The notes beneath the pieces are model-generated. The model did not search any database, had not been told where the DNA came from, and saw only the letters and a list, made by a program, of their open reading frames with translations. From the NCBI GenBank assembly GCA_038087875.1, contig CM075989.1, positions 24,926,001-24,990,000 on the forward strand: 64,000 nt of DNA. The letters run 5' to 3'. Both the position numbers and the translations under genes were made by a program. Source of the DNA: Malacoraja senta. Its lineage: Eukaryota. Positions 12,360 through 23,347 of this stretch are shown here, one piece after another. The stretch's first letter is position 1. The number at the start of each line of letters is the position of its first letter.

Positions 12360-13200
12360 TCTCGTCACCCGCACCGGGAAACACGACAAACTCGCTCGGT
12401 ACTAGTACTGAAGGACAAGTAACGGTTTACCCGGCCAGGAGCTTCATTGAAGTAGCGCCTGTCTCGACCACGGATGGCGTGTCTGCTGCCTCTGGCCGCC
12501 CTCCAGCTGACTGGGATGGGAGCAGGACGCCGGCCTCATGCCCGGGAAGTAACGGAGACTTGCGTTGCCCGCTGTCGGAGGTGGTGTGTGATTTAGAGCG
12601 GCTCTCCTGGCCGCTGCAACAGCCGCGTTATTTATTCCAGTGCCCAAAGAGAGTGTCGTGGCTGATCTCCTCCACAGCTCCACAGCCCCACCCTGGGGCT
12701 CTCTCTCTCAATCTCTCAATCTCTCACTGACGCACAGCCCACTCCGTTAACTCTCTGTTGTCAGACTGACGGAGAGAGAGAGAGAGAGAGTTTGTCAACA
12801 AGTTTGGTAGAATGTGAAACTTTCTCCGCCGCGGCACGGCCGCTGTCTTGCTGGCAAAATGGGTTTAGAAAACTCACCCCGGTTGGTTCTGGGTCAATGG
12901 GAACCATTCATCTGTATCCTGATAGACCCCAGTGACACTAGTAAATACCGCCTTTCATAGCGTTCGCCAGGGCACTCCTGGGCCGGTGGTTGTGAATAAC
13001 CCCTATGTCGTGTAGACCTGCTGTGAATGACAGCATAGAGAGGGAGCCCAAAGCAAACAGTCCAACACAGAGAGAGGTTGATTCAACCGCCGGCCACATG
13101 CGGAGGGCAACGAACGCCCAGAACTGTATCCTGACTGGAAAAAAACAGCCACATTATTCACCAGCCAGATTCACCGCCCGCTCACAACAGCGTCATGTAT
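12360..13200 (-). promoter_or_regulatory. CpG-enriched region; candidate promoter and non-coding first exon(s) of IL16
   Basis: Unique CpG-enriched sequence between CFAP161 and the IL16 coding exon. Minus-strand donor-like sites GGG/GTGAGT (exon end 12878) and CGG/GTAAAC (exon end 12431). ETS-like CGGGAAGT at 12543-12550. The exon starting at 5786 requires an upstream exon. Confidence 0.45.
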
Positions 13201-14017
13201 TTACATTGCATGTGTAATACTTTTAAAACACTTGGAGTATTTAATATTCATTAAAGTAAATTCAAAATTATATTGCGCCTTAATTCACCCACAATTAACA
13301 TAATGACCTTGTTATTTAGTAACTAGAACTTGGACAGGAATATGTTCAGCAATTTGAACGCGGGCGCTCTTTTCCTTGCACATTTATACAAAGCAAGATT
13401 TGATTTTTAGTTTAGTTCATGGTTGTCAAGTGTAGGGAGATGCAGTGAAAAGCACTTTGAGCAATTCAAAGATGAATTTTAACCGGGAAATAGTTGGGCC
13501 ATTTAGCCCAATTTGTTGATTGGAGCATTTGTGCAGTTCTAATCAGTTCATGCACCCTCACCCAATAGCCATGTATGTAATCGAATCTTCAATACTGTTA
13601 TAATCTGGGTGAAATTGGAGTTTGCCACAACAATGAATCAAGATCACGACCTGAAGTGTTTTTAATGGAAAAGCAAATGTACCGCTTGCTGTTTGTGATT
13701 CATTCCTGGGCCCATTCACAACATTGGCCAAATTACATCCACCCCACTATCTGCCTCCACCACCAACCTTACACGTGAATTCCACAGTTTGTGTCCATCC
13801 ACAGCCTGACTGACCAATCGATATTCTGCATAAAGAATATCCTCACAGCTAGACATGCTAAAAGGATTTTTTAGTTGCACCATCTTGCAACTTAACTTTC
13901 TCATTCTTGGCCAACTCCTCGAGCCACAGAGTGATACAGTGTGGAAACAGGTCCACACCCGTCAACATACCCTTTCTACAATAGTCCCACCTGCCTGCAT
14001 TTGGCCCATATCCCTCT

Positions 14018-14717
14018 AAAGTGGCGAATCTCTGGAATTCTCTGCCACAGAAGGTAGTTGAGGCCAGTTCATTGGCTATATTTAAGAGGGAGCTAGATGT
14101 GGTCCTTGTGGCTAAAGGGATCAGGGGGTATGGAGAGAAGGCAGGTACAGGATACTGAGTTGGATGATCAGCCATGATCTTATTGAATGGCGGTGAAGGG
14201 CAGGAACGGGGTACTGATTGGGGATGATCAGCCATGATCACAGTGAATGGCGGTACTGGCTCGAAGGGCCGAATGGCCTACTCCTGCACCTATTGTCTAT
14301 TGACCTGAGCTATAGGGAGAGGTTGAACAAGTTAGGATTTTATTCATTGGAGCACAGGAGGATGAGGGGTGATATTATAGATGTGTATAAAATCATAAGA
14401 GGAATAGATTCGGTAAAATCACAGTCTTTTATGCAGGGTAGGGGAATCAAGAACCAGAGGACATTGGTTTAGGGTGAGAGTGGAAAAGATTTAATAGGAA
14501 CCTGAGGGGCCACCTTTTCACGCAGGGCTTGTGGATGTATGGAACAAGTTGCCGGAGGAGATCGTGACAATAGCAATGTTTAAAAAACATTTCGACAGGT
14601 ACCTGGATTAGACAAGTATAGAAACATAGAAAATAGGTGCAGGAGTAGGCCATTCGGCCCTTCACCGCCATTCAATAAGATCATGGCTGATCATCCAACT
14701 CAGTATCCTGTACCTGC
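14018..14717. mobile_element. Cluster of CR1 3' fragments (plus 14018-14300 and 14300-14615; minus 14617-14717)
   Basis: LSYRERLNKLGFYSLEHRRMRGDIIDVYKII; conserved tail GAAGGGCCGAATGGCCTACTCCTGCACCTATT. Confidence 0.8.
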
Positions 14718-15397
14718 AGCAGCACTCACACTGAATGTGACCTGGTTTGATGGGTTTTACTTCCTATAATTAGTTGCAGAAATGTATGGTTAGGGTACTG
14801 GAATAACTCCAAAGTTCACGGGTTCAATCTTCCTAAACTATGTGGTGAAATTGAATTCAATAAATCAGGTTCTATGTTCTTACGTCCAGGAAAAACGACG
14901 GGGAAATCTAGTGGATTACCATAAAAACCCAACAGACTGCCATTTTCTTGAGGGGGGACACCAGCTGTTCGCCCTCACTCCCACGCACTCCTTCTGCCCT
15001 CTGAAGAGTCTTGTTTGAAGGCCATCCTGTACAATCTCTACCACCATCTCAGGGCAACAGTGTTAAATTGCCCCAACAACCTGCCTTCCTGCAAAGGCAA
15101 CTGGAGGCACAGAAACAGTGTCATTCTCTCCTGAAACCTCCCCATATTCCTTTGAGGATTTCAAATATCAGCTCAGCATTTATATTTAGAACATAGAACA
15201 CTGCAGCACAGGAACAGGCCCTTCGGCCCACAATGGCTGTGCTGAACATGAGGCCAAGGCCAACTCTAATCTGCCTGCACGTGATCCATATCCCTCCATA
15301 TCCATGTGCCTATCCAAAAGCCTCTTAAACCTCTAGGAGGTCATTGTCCCTTTCCATGAATGATGCCCGACCTGCTGAGAATTTTCTCTGCATTGTA

Positions 15398-15672
15398 AGC
15401 CCTTCGGCCCACTGAGTCCATGCCAACCATTGATCACCTGCTCACACTAGTTTTATGCTATCCCACTCCCTACACGCTAAGGGCAATTTACAGAGCCCAA
15501 TGAACCTACAAATCCACACCTCTTTGGGATGTGGGGGGAAACCAGAGCATCCAGGACACCCATGCGGTCTCAGGGCGAACGTGCAAACTCCACACAGACA
15601 GTAGCCGAGGTTAGGAAAAAAATCCAGATCTCTGGGTTTGAGGCAACGGCTCTACCCGCTGCGTCACTGTGT
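15398..15672 (-). mobile_element. V-SINE (HE1-like)
   Basis: Homologous to the other copies, reverse strand. Confidence 0.75.
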
Positions 15673-15929
15673 GGACACTGGTCTGTTTTTGCATCACCAA
15701 GGATTGCAACAAAAATAAGCTGAGAGCTGAATATTCATGAGCTGGCCATTCAGGACGGATTCCTGCAAAGATGCCACAAGCTGTACTGACATGGTGCAAC
15801 ATTGCAAATCATTTCATTCCCATCAACAAATGAAACTTCCTTCAGTAAATTAGTATTTTTCCATTACACTTTTCAAGTTAAGCCTTGAGATAGCTTATGC
15901 CCCTGAGCTGATGATTAGAAAAAGAAAAA

Positions 15930-16200
15930 GAAAACTTGCATTATATCACTTCTTTCATGTTCCAGAGCACTTTGAAGCCAATGAAACCCTTGGTGCTGTG
16001 ATGTATAAAAGACATTACCGACATTTGTAGAACAAGCTTCCACAATCGGCTGTATAATTGCGGCCCATGTTCCGTTTTGTGACGTGGTTTGAGAGACTCA
16101 CAAAAAGGTAACACTTTGGGAAGAACTCACCCACTCTTCTAAAAATTGCCAAGGAACATTTTGTTCATTTGCAAGGGCATGTCGGAGTTGTTTGGTGTCT
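15930..16200 (-). mobile_element. Ancient Deu-domain SINE remnant (AmnSINE1/SacSINE1-like)
   Basis: ACTTGCATTATATCACTTCTTTCATG...AGCACTTTGAAGCCAATGAA...AGCTTCCACAA resembles the reverse complement of the recalled AmnSINE1/SacSINE1 3' region. A plus-strand piece TTGCTGTTTGTGGGATTTTGCT lies at about 7297-7318. Confidence 0.45.
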
Positions 16201-16298
16201 TATATTGATGGTTATCTGGCTGTTATAGACTGCGGGCCACAGATGGCATCTATATCATTGCAGATGAGATAACATGGCTGCTCTGTATGCATGGCTGT

Positions 16299-17650
16299 TC
16301 TCAATGACTATCGACCAGTGGCACTAACGTCTGTGGTGATGAAGTGCTTTGAGAGGTTGGTTATGGTGCACATCAACTCCTACCTCGACAAGAACCTCGA
16401 CCAACTACAGTTCGCATACTACCACAACAGGTCAATGGTAGATGCAATTTCACAGGCTCTCCACTCCGCACTGGACCACTTGGACAATAAAAACACCTAC
16501 GTCCGGCTGTTGTTTATAGACTGCAGCTCGGCGTTTAATACCATCATCCCTTCCAAGCTCGTTACCAAGTTCACGGAACTGGGCCTCTGCGCATCCCTCT
16601 GCAATTGGATTCTCGACTTCCTCATCCACAGACCACAGTCTGTTCGAATTGGAGGAACCACTTCATCCTCAGTAACAATTAGTATGGGAGCACCTCAAGG
16701 CTGCGTGCTCAGCCCCCTGCTTTACTCACGCTATACCCATGACTGCGTAGCCAGTCATAGTGCAAACTCCATCATCAAGTTCGCTGATGACACCACTGTG
16801 GTTGGACGAATCACAGATGGGGACGAGTCAGAGTATAGAAGTGAGATCGACCGACTGACCAAATGGTGCCAGCACAACAACCTGGCTCTCAACATCAGTA
16901 AGACCAAGGAACTGATTGTGGACTTTAGTAGGGGAAGGATAATCCTGTTTATATCAACGGGACGATAGTGGAGAGGGTCAATAACTTCAAATTCCTGGGC
17001 ATGCATATATCAGAAGATCTTTCCTGGACCCAGCACACCGATGTAATTGTAAAGAAGGCACATCAGCGACTCTACTTCCTGAGAAGTTTACGGAGATTTG
17101 GCATGTCAAAGAGGATTCTCCTAAACTTCTACAGGTGCACAGTAGAGAGCATTCTGACTGGTTGCATCGTGGCCTGGTTTGGCAACTTGAACATCCAGGA
17201 GCGAGAAAGACTACAAAAAGTTGTGACCACTGCCCAGTCCATCACCGGCTTTGACCTCCCCACCGTCGAAGGGATCTTCCATAGTCGCTGCTTCAAAAAG
17301 GCAGCCAAAATCATCAAGGACCCAAACCATCCTGGCCACACACATCTCACCACTGCCATCAGGAAGAAGGTACAGGAGCCTGAAGACTGTAACGTCCAGG
17401 TCAGGAACAGCTTCTTCCACACAGCCACCCGGATATTAAACACAATGAATAAGCTATGAGCTCTGAACTGCAAACGACTATATTATTATTTGTTATTTGC
17501 ACTATATTTGTTATTTATTGAACGTTTCCTTTTCCCCCCCGTTATATACAATGTTTACATATTCACATATTCTGTTGTGCTGCAGCAAGTATGAATTTCA
17601 GTGTCCCGTCCGGGACATATAATAAAAACTCTTCACTCTTGACTTGACTA
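16299..17650 (+). mobile_element. 5'-truncated Rex1/Babar-type LINE (RT), frameshifted near 16940
   Basis: [70 protein letters not shown]; 3'UTR with AATAAA and (GACTT)n tail. Confidence 0.88.
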
Positions 17651-19399
17651 GACACAGTGCACACACACAGTGGCTTTTGGGGATATTTATGGATTGGGGC
17701 ATGTTGTGACCATGCTTGAAAATCCTTGTTTCCATCAAGAGTTTTATGAACAGTGGTTCTTTGTGCTTTTATGTCCACTGATACTCTGCCCAGGTGACTT
17801 GTCTCACTCCAGACTCCCTGGTGGGAACCGCACAAGGTTGCTACATGTCACCCTGACTCCTTATTTATGGAATGGCTTCTAAGCCTCATCAGTCCTCTTT
17901 ATTGGAACATTCCTGCAGGGTTTTTTCGTAAAGCTGCAAATAAAAAAGTCTCCAGTAAAATACCATCAATTCCTCATTCTGTAATAATATTTTCCTCCTG
18001 GCTCCAAAATAAATGTAGTCGGGCTTCCTGCCGCCTTCTATGGAGTCCACACGCTGTGAGACAGCCCATTACACAGAAAATTTCACACTCAAGCCTGCAG
18101 TGGGACAAATGCCTTCAGTTCGTTAATGCTGCAAATGTGATTGGAAGCGAGTCAGCATTGGGCTTCATCCAGCAACACTGCTGCTCAAAGCGGGGATGGT
18201 GCATGGTGGCACCTACATTACAAGCCAGTGCTGAACTACCATCTACTTCTGGTGACCCTCAGACTATCCTTCATCAAACCTTGCTGGCTTTACCTTGCAC
18301 TAAACGTTATTCCATTATCATGTATCTATACACTGTAAATGGCTCGATTGTAATCGTGTATTGCCTTCTGCTGACTGGATAGAACGCAACAAAAGCTTTT
18401 CACTGAACCTGCAGTAACCCAGCAGGACAGGCAGCATCTCAGGAGAACATGGAAAGCTGACATTTCAGGTCTAGACCCTACAATCAGTCTGTGGAGGGGA
18501 CCCGACCCGAAACGTCCCCGTCCGTGTTCTCCAGTGATGCAGCCTGACCCGTTGAGTTACTCCAGCACTCTGTGTCCATTGTGTATTAACCAGTACCTGC
18601 AGTTCTTTGTTTCTAACTTCTGTTAACCTGTTTGGCACGGGTCGAATGTGAAGGACCCAAACCAACACCTTCGCCTCCATCTCCTGCGCCATAGACAGGA
18701 ATCAGCATTGCAGGTTACAAAGGCTCCTGGAGGTTTCTACATATTACACCCCCCCCCCCACCCACCCCAATCATTCTCCCACTAATGATCCAGCTTCACT
18801 TTCCCAAAGCCGTTGGGAAATGAGCAGATCCTTGGTTAGATGGTCCTTGTTGTCATTTATTCTCCATTCCTTTATTTTATGACAGTTTCATCCAGAATTT
18901 TCAGACAAGAATTGACAAAAATATATTTTTTAATGCATGGATGATTTTCTTTCCAGGACTATGATCTGGAGACTATCCTTTAATTGATGGTGACTTTGGG
19001 ACAATCTTGGGGGATGCCAACCATGTCGTCATTATGGATGGCCTGTGGTTGGTAGGAAAGCTAGAATCACATTGTCCATGGACTTAGAGACATATTGTTC
19101 TCAGTGACAACAATAGCCTTGCTTTTTCAGTAAGAACTAGTCGAGAGAGGGGGACCTGCAGATGTATTAGATTTAGACATTTCAGAGGTAGTACGTAGAA
19201 GGTTGGTGCTTACGGTTATGTATCACGGCTTTGTTAGCATGGATTGAGTGGGAATAAATAGCTCTGGGTGCCCAGGGAGCAGCTCGTAGTCCTCAGTTAT
19301 TTACAATCCAAGGTAAGGAGGTGTGAAGAGGCAAAGCTCAACCCTGTCACATTTATCATCTACCGGGCAGCAGTGATCCATGACCTCCTGTTTCTTGCA

Positions 19400-19760
19400 A
19401 GATCAGGACTATCTTCAGCAAGTACCTCAAAACTCTAGAAAGTTGCCACCAAAAATTCCTTCACAAAGTCCTCCAAATCCAATGGAAAGATAAATGAACC
19501 AATGCCAGCCAACCCAACATTGATACCATAATTACCTCCAGTTGGCCCTGTTAGACTGGCCATGTCTTTCTCACACTGGGCACCCCACTCACAAAACAGA
19601 CACTATATGCCTAAAGCCCAGCAAAAACAATGAAAGGAGCTCCCTTCCTCCTGCCCACCTGCGGCAAGGTGTGTAGTTACCACTTTGGCTTCGTGAGGTA
19701 CGTCAGACCCCATAGAACTAGCATGGAAACAAGTCATTCTTCATCTTAAGGGAGCACCTG
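19400..19760 (+). mobile_element. Degenerate RTE-clade LINE 3' remnant
   Basis: Decayed TIFSKYLKTLESCHQ..LHKVLQIQWKDK*TN and C-terminal xPTCGKVCSYHFGFVRYVRPHRT-like finger remnant, typical of RTE. Confidence 0.55.
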
Positions 19761-20337
19761 AGTGAAATAAGACGTTAGTCTAAGACTGAGTCGGAAAACA
19801 ACTGCAGTTCATTTCACTTCAATTCCAACAAGTTCTTCTCAAGGCTCCTACATAGGCGAGAAGTCCGATCACACCAAGATCACAACTAATCTCTTTTACC
19901 TTGGTGAAATTAGATTTTATTGTTAAAAATCTTCAGAAGTGTCAACCAATGTCACACAGTTATGGCTAAAACAAACAAATCTTCACAGAGCAGTTGTTAA
20001 TTCAGAAGAATAGACTGTATTTGAAATGCGGAATGAAGAACAGACTGAAAAACTTCAACAAATACAGAGTTCAATTTATAATCCCATTTGTGTTCATAAA
20101 TTGCTAAGTGCTCCTTTTTAACTGCATCCACCTCAAGGGGGGTTTATTAGAAGACATTAGTTCACCTTAGCTCTCAAATCCACATCTAAATGTTATGTCT
20201 TCCTCCATTTCACTGTTCCCTATTACTGAAACAATCAGGCATAGCCTTGCTTATCAGTGGCTTGATAACAAATACAGTCTCACATTAACATTTACACACT
20301 GTGTAATGATGCAAATTCACCATGCATTATTGCAGGC

Positions 20338-20538
20338 GAGGACACAAAGTGCTGGAGTAACAGGCAGCATCCTAGAGAACATGGATAAATACCCTATTGG
20401 GTTGAGTCTGAAGACGGATCCCAACCCAAAATTTCACCTATCCATTTTCTCCAGAGATGCTGCCTGAACTGTTGAGTTACTACAGCACTCTGTGTATGTT
20501 GTGTATTAAGCAGCATCTGCAGTTCTGTTTCTACATTT
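20338..20538 (+). mobile_element. Fold-back pLTR-derived mini-element with 16-bp TSD
   Basis: Exact direct repeat ATGCATTATTGCAGGC at 20322-20337 and 20539-20554 around inverted pLTR halves. Confidence 0.75.
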
Positions 20539-22800
20539 ATGCATTATTGCAGGCTTGTTACCTCTCACTTAATTACGCACACACACCATGTTCCCTGTGT
20601 CAGGTTAGAGACATCACTAAACTAGTGATCTCCCCAAAGGCTCAGAATGAATCGGGAAATCTTTGCAGATTTGTCTCATCTGCTCTATTGTGTAAGATGA
20701 CAAATGGATAAGGACACAACATTCTCAAAAGAAAGTCATCAACTACTTCCCTGACCTCCCCAATAAGGTGTTTTAGAAGTCTCAGGGATATGTTCCTTCA
20801 TTAGTTGAGCCACAGATTGCAGGAGCTGGGAGGTTCTGCTGAAACTCGCTACACTAATTGGGTCACGGTCTGAGTAAAGTACACAGTTCCAAGTCACCTC
20901 ACTAGAAAGTGGTGCAGAGGTGATTCGTGAGATTGTTGCCAAACTAGAGACCTTTAACTATGGGTAGTTTTAGATAAGCTAAGGCCGCTTTCTCTGGAAC
21001 AGAGCAGGTGGAAGGGGTACTTAATCGAGGCGTATAAAACCACGTGGAAACATCTTGAGTAAATAGGCAGGACCTAATTCCTATAACAGAGAGATAAAAA
21101 ACAATGGGGGATGGATAAAAGTGATTGATAAAAGGACTCGAAGGTCAGGAAGTTTTGATACTCAGAAGAGCGTTACAAGTTAGGAGGTCGCTGCATGAAA
21201 GGATGATAGTGGCAGGAACTCTCACGTTTAAGCAATAGTACAAGACTATAGGAGCAGGAGTTGGTCCCCAGGCCCTTTAAGACTGCCCCATTCTTGAATG
21301 AGACTGTAGCTGATCAGTGCTGGGGTCAGCTCCTTCCCCCATAACCCTCAATTCATTGATCTCCCAAAAAATTATCCATCCCCACCTCAAACATATCGAC
21401 CTCTATCACCTTAGGGAGCAGAGAATACCGAAGATGCTCCAGAGATGGGCGAGAACTTGAAGAGCCAGGCTGCAGGGTCAAGGGCCTGGTTTGAGTTTGC
21501 TCTAGATTTGGCAAAGTCGACTGTGCTGCAGATATTCTGGTTCCATAACTTCCAACATGTGCTGCTGGAATTGTTATTATAAATGCTCTCACTGCCTTCT
21601 TACTCAACCGTCAATCTGGATTGAGTTAGTACCACTGGTGCCTGAATTAGAGGAATGTGGATTCATGTGTGGGCACAAGGTGCTGACTGGATTCCCAATG
21701 CTATCTTGAGGGAGCTCTCCTCCACTTATGGGAAGTCAAATGCTTCAGGCTATTATTGTAAACTAGTCTCTAATAAACCAAATGGGCAATTCAGCAGAAC
21801 TTTGCCCAAAGGAAATTCACTGTTTGAAACTTGATTTCATAAGGCATACTTGAGGTCAATCAGATAGATGCACTTAGAAACATAGAAAATAGGCACAGGA
21901 GTAGGCCATTCGGCCCTTCTAGCCAGCACCGCCATTCACTGTGATCATGGCTGATCATCCACAATCAGTAACCTGTGCCTGGCTCTCCCCATACCCCTTG
22001 ATTCTGCTAGCCCCAAGAGCTCTTGAAAGCTAGAATCGGATGAAAGACAGAAAAACACTAGAGTCATAGAGTTTTAGTCAGCGTGGCACACAGGCCCTTC
22101 GGCCCAACTTGCCCACACCAACCAACAAGTCCCATCTACACTAGTCCCACCTGCCTGCGTTTGGCCCACATCATTCTAAACCTGTCCTATCCATGTACCT
22201 GTCTAAATGTTTCTTAAACGATGCCTAATAAATACCAGAAAGCTGTGTGTGAAGCATCAACATTCCCGTGGACTAGCTGGAATGAAAAACCTGAATGTGT
22301 GCCATTTTTTGTGCATTTGGAAATGCCTGCTCAATGGGTTAAATAGCAAATTTTGTGTTTTCCTTTCATAGTCAAACCTGCCCTCCCTGTGGCCCACACG
22401 ATTAACTGCAGTAGATGGGCTGAGGAGAGCGGAGGGCTGTGGGTGGCATGGCCACGTGATCTCACTTAAATCAAATCTGCAGCTAAATACCTAATTGATC
22501 ATTTGAAGATAAAACAAATTGTTGGAGGAACTCAACAGATCAAGGAAGATGTGGTGGGAAATGGATTTTGGGTCGAGAAGATAGGTCCAATCCCAAACTA
22601 TTGTCTTTCCATTCCCTTCCACAGATGCTGCCTCACTCACAGAGTTCTTCCAGCAATTTATTTTTTGCTCGAGACTCCATCTTCTGCACTCTGATTATTT
22701 GTACTTTAGGTTTAAGATGATAATGAGAATTAGAATGAATTCCATTATTGACAGAGTCAAGTCCACAAACCTGACCCCATTTTAATAGATTTACTTAATG

Positions 22801-22806
22801 TTTATT
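22801..22806 (-). terminator. Candidate polyadenylation signal AATAAA of CFAP161
   Basis: Plus-strand TTTATT about 330 nt downstream of the stop codon, in AT-rich unique sequence. Confidence 0.5.
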
Positions 22807-23136
22807 CAGATATTTTCATAAAGTAGAGAACAAAGTACAATTAGTTGGTTTACTTAAAGAATATAGCTGTTAATATTTTAAACTTTGCCTCTCATCCCTT
22901 GTTGGGTTTTGGTAACAGTGAACATCACATTCTGCACAAGTTAGAGAAATGTGTAACTTCCATGAACATTTTCTGATTGATTATATTCAACAATCTACAT
23001 ACAAGAAGCTCATATACAGAATTGTGTCGTTGGTTAAAGACAAATTCAGGTTGGGGAAGGAGAACTGATACCTTTATGTTTGAATGAATCATGGTAGATC
23101 ATAAGGTATGTTAGCTCATTTTGTGGACAATAAACT

Positions 23137-23347
23137 TCATTTTTGATTGATGCAGTCGGGATACTCCTGGCTGGGCTCTTTCTTTGGTTCTGGGTCTTCA
23201 CAAATAGGTGGAGGCCTTTGAAACAAGGTGCCGTGGGGAACACCCGGGTCCCCAGTGACAATCATCCAATGGTTCAGGTCTTCTTCAGCCCGATGGGGAT
23301 CAAAGAAGGTGTGAGTGGTAATTTCATGCTCTCTTCCAAACATTGTC
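23137..23347 (-). CDS. CFAP161: CFAP161 exon 7, last coding exon (TMFGREHEITTHTFFDPHRAEEDLNHWMIVTGDP...CINQK*)
   Basis: Acceptor gttttgcag/GAC; TGA stop at 23139-23137. Confidence 0.94.
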
